This document shows positions 40,134-48,046 of a stretch of 64,000 bases of DNA, one piece after another. The notes beneath the pieces were generated by a model. It worked only from the letters and a program-made list of their open reading frames with translations. It made no database searches and had not been told where the DNA came from. Made by a program: the position numbers and the translations under genes. This stretch comes from an uncultured virus (IMG/VR IMGVR_UViG_3300030117_008055). Its lineage: Duplodnaviria; Heunggongvirae; Uroviricota; Caudoviricetes. Position 1 is the stretch's first letter; each line of letters starts with the position of its first letter. The stretch spans positions 1 to 64,000 of the IMG/VR virus record IMGVR_UViG_3300030117_008055; one strand, written 5' to 3'.

Positions 40134-40926
40134 TAAGAAAAGAAATACCGCTTTGATTTATGAAATGATGGTCAATGAGCTTACCAAAGCCATCATAAAT
40201 AAGAATCAAGAATCTAAAAACAAAATCTCTACCATGTTTAAAAAGTATTTTAGTAAGGGTACAGTACTGCACAAAGAAAACTCAATTTATTCATCACTAA
40301 CAGAAAGTAGAGATCTTGGAAATGAAATATTTAAAGAAGTTTTAGAAACAGCAAAAAAACAGTATAATTTACTTGACAAGAAAAGTATATTTAATCAACA
40401 GACACGCTTAATTAGCGAGGTGAATAAAAGTCTGGGGAAAGATTTTTGGAGTAACTATGTTAAGGATTATCAATGGACTGCAACGTTGAATCAGGTTCTT
40501 AAGCAAGACAATCCTCCAAAAAATCAAGTGCTTTTAGAGCATAAGCTTGTTGATATTAAGAAGCCTGTCGAATCAAAAACTGCGAGCTTCCCAAAGATAG
40601 ACAATCTTGCAATAAAAAGCTTTGTTCAGAAATTTAACAGCACTTACAAACAAACTTTAACGGAGTCTCAACGAACTATTTTAAATAAGTTTATATTATC
40701 TTCGCATGACAATGGGCTAGAGTTAAAAACCTGCATATATGAAGAATTAGAAGACATAAGACAGCAATTACAAGAAGCACAATCAAATACTAAAGATGAC
40801 AGTGTAAAAAACAAAATTAATAAAGTTGTGCAAAAAACACAATCTTATCAGGACAGCAAAGTCGATCAAAAAATTATTTTTGAAGTGTTTCAAATGCGAA
40901 GTCTTGTTGAGGAGTTAAAAAAGTAA
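40117..40926 (+). CDS. Hypothetical head-module protein
   Basis: 269 aa helical ORF overlapping the portal end; GGAG SD; ACTATTTA at 40061. Confidence 0.55.
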   Translation: MKFHHNKKRNTALIYEMMVNELTKAIINKNQESKNKISTMFKKYFSKGTVLHKENSIYSSLTESRDLGNEIFKEVLETAKKQYNLLDKKSIFNQQTRLISEVNKSLGKDFWSNYVKDYQWTATLNQVLKQDNPPKNQVLLEHKLVDIKKPVESKTASFPKIDNLAIKSFVQKFNSTYKQTLTESQRTILNKFILSSHDNGLELKTCIYEELEDIRQQLQEAQSNTKDDSVKNKINKVVQKTQSYQDSKVDQKIIFEVFQMRSLVEELKK

Positions 40927-41464
40927 TGGCTATTATTATAAAAATACAAGCAACTCCTGCAGCAACCGAAGAGATAAAGAAGGTAATATTAAAAGCCAGA
41001 AGAACTCTAGATGGCAAAATATTAATTCCTGACCATCCAGATATTGATATCGCGATAATACCTGAAAAGAGCAAAGTTATTGCTTTTCCAAAGGAAGAGA
41101 TGGATGACGAAGTATATGAAACGCAAGACAGGCTTTTTAAGCACCTAGTAAGGCAAGGTGTTTGTGATTATGATTCAGTTCAGGGTGGTGGTGTTTTTAT
41201 GTCAATGGAAGCAAAAATACCTCAGATGAAAGATGGTGATAATTTACAATATTTAATATACAGTATCAGTCAATTTCTTGATAGTGACCTTCCTTTCTAC
41301 AAAGATCGTNNNNNNNNNNGTTTGAAAAAGAACACGAAAAACGTCTTTTGGAGCCTGAGCCGGATGAGTATACTGAAAATCCACAAAGATTCCATCATGA
41401 TGTTAAGGGCACACTAAGACCAAACATGCGTCCTTATGGAATAAGTACAGTGTACAGAATTTAG
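40926..41464 (+). CDS. Hypothetical protein spanning an assembly gap; true end probably 41464
   Basis: Ten Ns at 41310-41319. After the gap another frame reads FEKEHEKRLLEPEPDEYTENPQRFHHDVKGTLRPNMRPYGISTVYRI-TAG(41464) and abuts the next gene's SD. Confidence 0.6.
41310..41319. other. Scaffold gap (10 N placeholder)
   Basis: Run of n bases in the sequence. Confidence 1.
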
Positions 41465-41471
41465 GTGAAAA

Positions 41472-41783
41472 ATGCATTTATTATGGTTTGTTTTAGCAGC
41501 ATATGGGATGACCTTCATCCTAGTTTACGGCTCAATATTCAACTCAATTAGGCCAACCAAAGGAAAGTTGGGGGAATTGTTACATTGTCCCCTCTGTACT
41601 GGCTTCTGGGTTGGGGTCTTTTTGTGGAGTGTTAACCACTGGACAGAACTATTTAGTTTTGACTACAATTTAATAAATGCTCTTGTTTGTGGGTGTGTAT
41701 CTGCAGGCACGAGTTATTTTTTGAGCATGGTGCTGAATGATTTTGGAATCAAAATATACAAAAGGGGAGGTGATGAAAAATGA
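41472..41783 (+). CDS. DUF1360-like membrane protein
   Basis: Three hydrophobic segments with LGELLHCPLCTGFWVG (CxxC.GFW motif). Confidence 0.65.
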   Translation: MHLLWFVLAAYGMTFILVYGSIFNSIRPTKGKLGELLHCPLCTGFWVGVFLWSVNHWTELFSFDYNLINALVCGCVSAGTSYFLSMVLNDFGIKIYKRGGDEK

Positions 41784-41857
41784 AACGTCGTAATTGTCCA
41801 CAAGTTCGTCGTTGTTGTAACGGCAGCATGTTCGTGCGGGTTGCGCCCGCATTTTAA
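41780..41857 (+). CDS. Putative 25 aa Arg/Cys-rich peptide (MKRRNCPQVRRCCNGSMFVRVAPAF)
   Basis: GGAGGTGA SD ending 6 nt before ATG 41780; ATGA overlap with the DUF1360-like gene; below the ORF-track size cutoff. Confidence 0.45.
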   Translation: MKRRNCPQVRRCCNGSMFVRVAPAF

Positions 41858-41894
41858 AATATTTTATTGTTCTTAATTACAGGAGGAAATTTAA

Positions 41895-42047
41895 ATGAAT
41901 AAGGGACATGGAGCTGGCAACATGCCAAAACCAGGAGCAAATGTTTGCCCTGCAGGAAGCGGAAAAGGAAACATTGGAAAATCTCTCGGTGATCCACTAA
42001 GCGTCAAAATTAGGACAGGTAAGTCTGCTGACAAGCCTAAGAAGTAA
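41895..42047 (+). CDS. Small Gly/Lys-rich protein (50 aa)
   Basis: AGGAGG SD at 41881-86; MNKGHGAGNMPKPGANVCPAGSGKGNIGKSLGDPLSVKIRTGKSADKPKK; stops 3 nt before the protease start. Confidence 0.6.
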   Translation: MNKGHGAGNMPKPGANVCPAGSGKGNIGKSLGDPLSVKIRTGKSADKPKK

Positions 42048-42050
42048 ATA

Positions 42051-42686
42051 ATGTCAAAGAAGCTTTTAAGAGAGTATTTTGAGCTGTGCCCAGAAGGTCG
42101 CTGCCCCGTTGATGTTTTAACTGAATCTGAAAAAAGAAAAGTTATGAATGAGGGAGCAGTGTACCTTGTTGGCGTATGCCAGAGGGCAGGCGTTAAAAAT
42201 GGCAATGGTAGGATCTACAACAAAGAAACTTTAAGTCGTGAGATTCAAAAATATCAAAATGCCATTAATGACCGTCGATCTTTAGGCGAGCTTGATCATC
42301 CTGATGATTCTGTTATAAATCTTAAAAACGCATCTCATTTAATTACGAAGATGTATTGGGATGGGGATAATGTAATGGGAAAAGTTGAGGTGCTAGACAC
42401 ACCTTCAGGAGCTATTCTTAAGGCATTGGTAAAGTCGGGTGTTAAGCTAGGGATTTCATCTCGTGGCTTGGGCTCTGTTAAGCAAGTTAATGGAGACACG
42501 ATTGTTGAAGACGATTTTCAATTAATTTGTTTTGATGTTGTTTCAGAGCCTTCAACACCAGGCGCATATTTGGACCCTCACAAGTCTGCTAAAACTATAA
42601 ACATATCGCCGACAATAAATAAGTATATTAATGAAGGCAAGCAGAACAAACTAGATGATCTTTTCAGTTCAATTTTAGGTGATTAA
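42051..42686 (+). CDS. Prohead protease (T4 gp21-like)
   Basis: NGNGRIY, LGELDHP, LDTPSG, LGISSRGLG, FDVVSEPSTPGA. Confidence 0.92.
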   Translation: MSKKLLREYFELCPEGRCPVDVLTESEKRKVMNEGAVYLVGVCQRAGVKNGNGRIYNKETLSREIQKYQNAINDRRSLGELDHPDDSVINLKNASHLITKMYWDGDNVMGKVEVLDTPSGAILKALVKSGVKLGISSRGLGSVKQVNGDTIVEDDFQLICFDVVSEPSTPGAYLDPHKSAKTINISPTINKYINEGKQNKLDDLFSSILGD

Positions 42687-43049
42687 ATGAAGTTAAATGA
42701 GTTTAAAAAACTACTACAACCAATGGTCAAGGACATGATCAAAGAGGCTCTCCTAGAGGAGGGTTTATTGTCGAATATTGTGTCAGAAGTCGCCAAAGGG
42801 CTTGTTTTAGCAGAGGTAAAAACTAACCAAGAGCCTCAAAGACAACGAGATCTTCACTCTGAAGCGGTCGAGGCGGCTAGAAGAGACTTACAAGCTACAA
42901 AAAATGAAAATAGACACATATTTGAGGGCACAGAGCCTGCGCCTTCAGGTGACGGCCGCGGCCCTCTTTCGGGAGTTGCACCAAACGACCCTGGTGTAGA
43001 TATTAACAAGCTTTTAGGCGGTTCGCGAGACTGGTCTAAGCTAATATAG
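42687..43049 (+). CDS. Hypothetical protein, possible prohead-associated protein
   Basis: Leader MKLNEFKKLLQPMVKDMIKEALLEEG; lies between the protease and bS21. Confidence 0.5.
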   Translation: MKLNEFKKLLQPMVKDMIKEALLEEGLLSNIVSEVAKGLVLAEVKTNQEPQRQRDLHSEAVEAARRDLQATKNENRHIFEGTEPAPSGDGRGPLSGVAPNDPGVDINKLLGGSRDWSKLI

Positions 43050-43057
43050 GAAAAAAA

Positions 43058-43282
43058 ATGTCAAAAACAGTAAACGTATCAGTTAGCTTAAACGAGGTTG
43101 GAGGAAATCCACACCGCTTGATACGAAAATTCATTAAAAAGTGCAAAAAAGAAAGAATTATTGAAGATTATAGAGACCGTCGTTTTTACGAAAAACCTTC
43201 AGTAAAGAAAAGAAGAGACAAAAAACGAAAATTAAGAAATGCTAGAAAAGCAGAAGCAGAGAGAAATAGGAGCAAAGGATAG
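43058..43282 (+). CDS. rpsU: Ribosomal protein bS21 (phage-encoded)
   Basis: 74 aa, very basic; LIRKFIKKCKKERIIEDYRDRRFYEKPSVKKRR matches the bS21 pattern (LRRFK...E.R.R..YEKPS). Confidence 0.85.
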   Translation: MSKTVNVSVSLNEVGGNPHRLIRKFIKKCKKERIIEDYRDRRFYEKPSVKKRRDKKRKLRNARKAEAERNRSKG

Positions 43283-43755
43283 TGGCGACAACAGTAGCAT
43301 CAGCAACATTAAAAGTTACTCTTAAGGAAGATATTGTCCTAAATGGCCGTCAGCAAGGCAGCGAAGCTGTTTTGTCAATCCCCAGCATCAATGAGATTTC
43401 AAAGAGAATTGTAACAGTTACGACTTCAAAGCATGAATTGATTAGCTTTTCTGGTACTGCTGGTAAAGGCATGTATATTTTAGCAGATATGCGCTATTTG
43501 AGATTTACAAACTTAGATGATACAAATCATTTATTTTTAATTTTTAAGAATGAAGACAACGATGAGTTTGTGGTAAAATTAGATAAAGGACAATCTTTTG
43601 TATATAATGGAGATTTGGATGGCGGAACAAATGATACAATGGAGGCTTTGACCGCTGGCACAGCCAGTGTTAGTAATGTAGGATATTTGCTTAGTGTCTC
43701 AGCACAAGCTGATACTGATTCTTGTGATTTAGAAATGTTTACAGCCTCAGCCTAA
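43282..43755 (+). CDS. Hypothetical beta-rich, probably virion, protein
   Basis: GTG start in a TAGTG overlap; 157 aa; RYLRFTNLDDTN. Confidence 0.5.
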   Translation: MATTVASATLKVTLKEDIVLNGRQQGSEAVLSIPSINEISKRIVTVTTSKHELISFSGTAGKGMYILADMRYLRFTNLDDTNHLFLIFKNEDNDEFVVKLDKGQSFVYNGDLDGGTNDTMEALTAGTASVSNVGYLLSVSAQADTDSCDLEMFTASA

Positions 43756-43816
43756 ATTTAGAATGATTATTAGCAATATCCAATATACAAAACTAAATAC
43801 ATAGAGAGGAATTATT

Positions 43817-44305
43817 ATGGCAACATTTTCAAGACACGTAGCTAGCGTAGGTAACGCAGCATCATACCAGGTATCTGGCATACCGTGGATTTCTGGTTCT
43901 TCGATGCCCATCAATGATGGAAGTGCGGACGGCGGCGCGGATGACATGCCGGCCGAAATTAAATTCGAGTTTCCAAGAGTCACAAAGTCTGTTACAATTC
44001 TATATGCAGCCGGCGCCGCTGGCACTCCCACAAATGGCGGAGGGACCATGCATGGTTCAACCACCGCGGGGCTTAGAATCCACTTTAACTCTACTGGGTC
44101 AGGTAATGTATTGTCAAAACGTCACTTTGTGGAGCTTAATGAGATTAACGAGTCAATGACTTTTAATGTGCGGTGCAAAGAGATATACATCTCTAGAGCG
44201 GAAACTGCTGATGGCGAACCCATTGAATTTAGGGTAATTTGTGACTTAACAAACATTCCTGCCGGCGAAATGGGTGCACTAACTGGCTCTGGCTTGACAG
44301 AGTAG
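43817..44305 (+). CDS. Hypothetical, probably virion, protein
   Basis: GAGGA SD; ACTAAATA motif variant at 43792; three [ST]GS motifs. Confidence 0.5.
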   Translation: MATFSRHVASVGNAASYQVSGIPWISGSSMPINDGSADGGADDMPAEIKFEFPRVTKSVTILYAAGAAGTPTNGGGTMHGSTTAGLRIHFNSTGSGNVLSKRHFVELNEINESMTFNVRCKEIYISRAETADGEPIEFRVICDLTNIPAGEMGALTGSGLTE

Positions 44306-44319
44306 GGAGATAAGAATTA

Positions 44320-47300
44320 ATGTCAGGATTCAGATCAGGTCAGGGTGGAGGTTCACCAACAGATTTAAAGCCGAGAGATTCGGTTACAGTTCAAGGCACA
44401 ACGCCTACGATTACAATTGGTGATGGTGGCGATGAAGATATTAAACTTCTCTTCAATAGCAACACCAACGACTACTATGTTGGATCTGATGCCACTGATG
44501 ACAAGCTTCATGTCGGAGTTGGTTCTGCAATCGGCACGAACGTTGCGATAACGGTAGATAGCTCTGCTCAAGTTTCAAAGCTTAACCTAGCAGCTGCAGC
44601 GGTTGCTGTGGCTGATGATCACATTGTGATCCTTGACGGTGGTGCAACTGGTGCCCCAAAGGCAGAGAGCATTCAAGATCTTCTCTCCGCAATTGCTGGC
44701 TCTGGAATCAGTGTCAGTGGAAATCAGCTAGTAGCTGATGGTGGCGGAACGGCTGATTCAGTTGCCGCTGACAATATTTCTACTGGTGATGCAGCTATAA
44801 GTCTTGCTACAAGCACTGGCAATATCACTATCGATGCCCAAGGTAACAATACAGATATTATCTTTAAAGGCACGGATGCCACTTCAGACATTACGATGCT
44901 TACGCTTGATGGTAGCGAAGCTGGAGCAGCTACATTTAATTCAACTGTTACTGCAACTGGTTTTACTATTGGCTCTGCAGCAATCACTGAAGCAGAGCTT
45001 GAAATTTTAGACGGTGCTAGCGTAACTACTACTGAGCTTAACTTAATTGATGGTGATACCTCTAGAGGCACAACCGCAGTTGCAGACGGTGATGGCTTTC
45101 TACACAACGATGCCGGCACAATGAGAATGACAAATGTCAGCAAGTTAGCTGACTTGTTTGCTGGCACCGGTCTAGGCGCGTCCAGCTCAGTTTTGAGTGT
45201 TGATGCAGCACAAACAGGTATCACGTCTATTCTTGCAACAGATCTTAAGATTGGCGAAGATGACGAAACGAAGATCGACTTTGAAACTGCCGACGAGATT
45301 CATTTTTATGCGGCAAACGTAGAGCAAGTTTATTTAGCAGACAATATCTTCGGACCCCAGAGCGATTCTGATGTCGACCTAGGCACAACCGGCGTGCGCT
45401 GGAAAGACGCGTACATCGACACTATCACCACAACTAGTACCATCACCGCAGCCGGCAGAGTAATAGTTGACGACGCAACTGAAGCTACGTCGACAACTGA
45501 CGGCTCACTACAGACCGATGGCGGATTAAGTGTTGCAAAAAGCGCAGTTATTGGAGACGATCTAGATCTGTTATCAAACGGCGCTATTCTTAATATAGGC
45601 AGCGCTCAAAAGTTTACGGCAACGCATGCCAACGCAAACAACACGCTAACAATAACTGCTGATCATAGATTGGCATTTGGTGATGCTGGAGATTATATTG
45701 CTGGAGATGGCACTGACTTATCAATTGTTTCAAGCGGCGCCGCTAATGTTAGTGCAACTATGTTAACAGTCACAACAGACACTGCCCTCTTTACTTCTGC
45801 AAATGCAAACGACCCACTAGTCACGATAAGAAACACCGCTGACGATGCAACTGGCGCTAGACTAGTGTTTGTTAAGGACAAAGGCTCCCCTGGTGCAGAC
45901 GGCGATGACCTAGGTATAATCGAGTTTATTGGCGATGATGCCGCACAAACTCAGACTACGTTTGCTAAAATTGTTGCTGAAGTGTCTGAGGCTGATGATA
46001 GTGATGAAGCTGGTAAATTATCCTTCTTCGTAGCAGAAAGTGATGGCACCACGGTGCATCTGACTGAAGGGCTTATCTTAGAAGGTGAGCATGCAACAGA
46101 TGGTCAAGTTGACGCAACAATCGGTGCAGGTGCAGCCTCAACCACAACGGTTGCTGGTGATTTAGCGGTCACTTCTGATGCTACAGTTGGAGACGATTTA
46201 TCTCTTACATCAGATTCCTCTGTCTTCAACATGGGCGCTGGCAACGACTTCACAATCACGCACGATGGAACAACCGGAGCAACTATTGCTGGTAATCCAA
46301 TTATTGTCGATTCAGGTGGCAATCTAACATTAGATGCACACACTGGAATTTTTATACTTAAAGATGCGGGCTCGGAAGTTCTTAGGCTTACCGAAGGCAA
46401 TTCTGGCGATGTTACAGTCAAGTTAGCAACTGATGGGAAAGATCTAGTCTTCACAGACAATGGCGATGCCACGAACATGAAGATTCTCGATGCCGCGGCC
46501 GGTATTAATGTTCCCGGAGAAGTACAAACAACTAAAATAGCTTTTACTGATGGCGATGATGCAATCACAATTGCAGATGGTGGAGGAGTTACTTTTTCAG
46601 ACACAGTTAAGATTCAAGATGACAAGACTTTGACCTTTGGAACAGGCGATGAGTGGACGATTGAATACGATGAAGATGGTGATAATGATTTAGTTTTGAC
46701 CGGTTCAGATATTAGTATTGAAAGCAGCACGTCAGCTAAGCCTGTGATGCAGTTGCTTAATACCAATGCTGATGCAAATGGCTCTACATTTAAATTTAAC
46801 AAGAATGGATCCAGTGTCGCTGATGGTGATGTTATAGGTAACCTTGAATTTGTCAGCGAAGATGACGGAAGTAATGTTCATACTTATGGTAAGGTGATCG
46901 GTTCTATTGATGTCGATGCTGCAGGCGAAGAGTCTGGCAAATTACAGCTTCAAGTGGCCTCACACGACGGTGGCGTTGAGGATGGTCTTATCTTAGTTGG
47001 AGGATCCGCGGACGCCGAGGTTGATGTAACTATCGGCAAGGGCACCGCATCTATTACTACCATAGCAGGTGGTATAGCTGTACAAGGCCTTCAAACAACA
47101 TCTGCTAACTCTAGCGGCGTCGCGTTAACCACTAGTGGGCTGACTGGGTTAACCGCCGGCGCCGATAGTTCGAATGATACGTACACTCTTGCAAACGGTG
47201 AAGTAAATGGACAAATAAAAGAGATAACGCTCCTAGGCGCCGCGAACCCCGCATCAATTGATAATCAGGTTATAACAGTTGCAACAGCCGGCTGGAATAG

Positions 47301-47433
47301 CGATTCAGATCCCGATGGTATTATAACTATGACGGCGATAGGCGACTTTATAAGATTGATGTGGTTAAACCCTGGATCTGGATTTGTTTGGGTGCCGATT
47401 ATAAGGATTGGAAACACAAGCTTAAGCGACTAA
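44320..47433 (+). CDS. Fibre/appendage-like protein (1037 aa), Asp/Thr/Ala/Gly-rich with an internal duplication
   Basis: Beta-strand-rich low-complexity composition; a ~120 aa unit occurs twice (45796-46160 and 46723-47073); DLGTTGVRWKD and STTDGSLQTDGGLSVAK resemble phage fibre motifs. Confidence 0.6.
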   Translation: MSGFRSGQGGGSPTDLKPRDSVTVQGTTPTITIGDGGDEDIKLLFNSNTNDYYVGSDATDDKLHVGVGSAIGTNVAITVDSSAQVSKLNLAAAAVAVADDHIVILDGGATGAPKAESIQDLLSAIAGSGISVSGNQLVADGGGTADSVAADNISTGDAAISLATSTGNITIDAQGNNTDIIFKGTDATSDITMLTLDGSEAGAATFNSTVTATGFTIGSAAITEAELEILDGASVTTTELNLIDGDTSRGTTAVADGDGFLHNDAGTMRMTNVSKLADLFAGTGLGASSSVLSVDAAQTGITSILATDLKIGEDDETKIDFETADEIHFYAANVEQVYLADNIFGPQSDSDVDLGTTGVRWKDAYIDTITTTSTITAAGRVIVDDATEATSTTDGSLQTDGGLSVAKSAVIGDDLDLLSNGAILNIGSAQKFTATHANANNTLTITADHRLAFGDAGDYIAGDGTDLSIVSSGAANVSATMLTVTTDTALFTSANANDPLVTIRNTADDATGARLVFVKDKGSPGADGDDLGIIEFIGDDAAQTQTTFAKIVAEVSEADDSDEAGKLSFFVAESDGTTVHLTEGLILEGEHATDGQVDATIGAGAASTTTVAGDLAVTSDATVGDDLSLTSDSSVFNMGAGNDFTITHDGTTGATIAGNPIIVDSGGNLTLDAHTGIFILKDAGSEVLRLTEGNSGDVTVKLATDGKDLVFTDNGDATNMKILDAAAGINVPGEVQTTKIAFTDGDDAITIADGGGVTFSDTVKIQDDKTLTFGTGDEWTIEYDEDGDNDLVLTGSDISIESSTSAKPVMQLLNTNADANGSTFKFNKNGSSVADGDVIGNLEFVSEDDGSNVHTYGKVIGSIDVDAAGEESGKLQLQVASHDGGVEDGLILVGGSADAEVDVTIGKGTASITTIAGGIAVQGLQTTSANSSGVALTTSGLTGLTAGADSSNDTYTLANGEVNGQIKEITLLGAANPASIDNQVITVATAGWNSDSDPDGIITMTAIGDFIRLMWLNPGSGFVWVPIIRIGNTSLSD

Positions 47434-47453
47434 TATGGAGGATAGTTTATAAA

Positions 47454-48008
47454 ATGTCAGTAGGTCACTTTCCATTTTTCGGATTAACAAAGTTCGGAGG
47501 CTATTGGGATCCAAATACCAATACGCTTACAGGAACACTTGGAAATACCGGCATTGTATCTGAGACCCCAGTGAGCAATGCTCTTGCTAATGGCAATCTT
47601 AATTCTGTTGTTGTAACGCCTGCAGGTCGCCCACTTTTACCTTTTAATGGATTATATTTCTCCGTTAACACTGCGACAACTGGCTCATCTGGAACAATAA
47701 TTGATAGCATGGGCTCCCTTAACATTAATGATTTGGTTATTTATGATGCTAACAATTCAAGCGATATTAAGTGGATAAGAGTTGATTTTGGAACTGTATT
47801 CTCGTCTGTGTTTTTTGGGGATGTAAGTCAAAACGGAATCGGAAATTCAAATCCAATATCTTTTACCTCGGACTTTGCAACCCCTAGAGCGTCATATTTT
47901 AGAATTTTATCTAAGAAGGGTGACGATGGTATTTTATTTTCTAAAGTTGAAGACGCCGGATCTTTAAGAATATCAACAGATGCAGAAGCAAAACTAGATG
48001 AGTTTTAA
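47454..48008 (+). CDS. Fibre-associated hypothetical protein
   Basis: Start probably ATG 47454 (GGAGG at 47437); GYWDPNTNT...YFSV...DLVIYD...W.RVD resembles a motif of phage fibre proteins. Confidence 0.5.
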   Translation: MSVGHFPFFGLTKFGGYWDPNTNTLTGTLGNTGIVSETPVSNALANGNLNSVVVTPAGRPLLPFNGLYFSVNTATTGSSGTIIDSMGSLNINDLVIYDANNSSDIKWIRVDFGTVFSSVFFGDVSQNGIGNSNPISFTSDFATPRASYFRILSKKGDDGILFSKVEDAGSLRISTDAEAKLDEF

Positions 48009-48046
48009 ATGTGCGATAATATATATAAAAAACAGGAATCAAAAAA

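Noticed and set aside
41310..41464. Apparent frameshift or pseudogene in ORF 40926
   Set aside because: The frame change coincides with a 10-N scaffold gap of arbitrary length, so it is most likely an assembly artefact.
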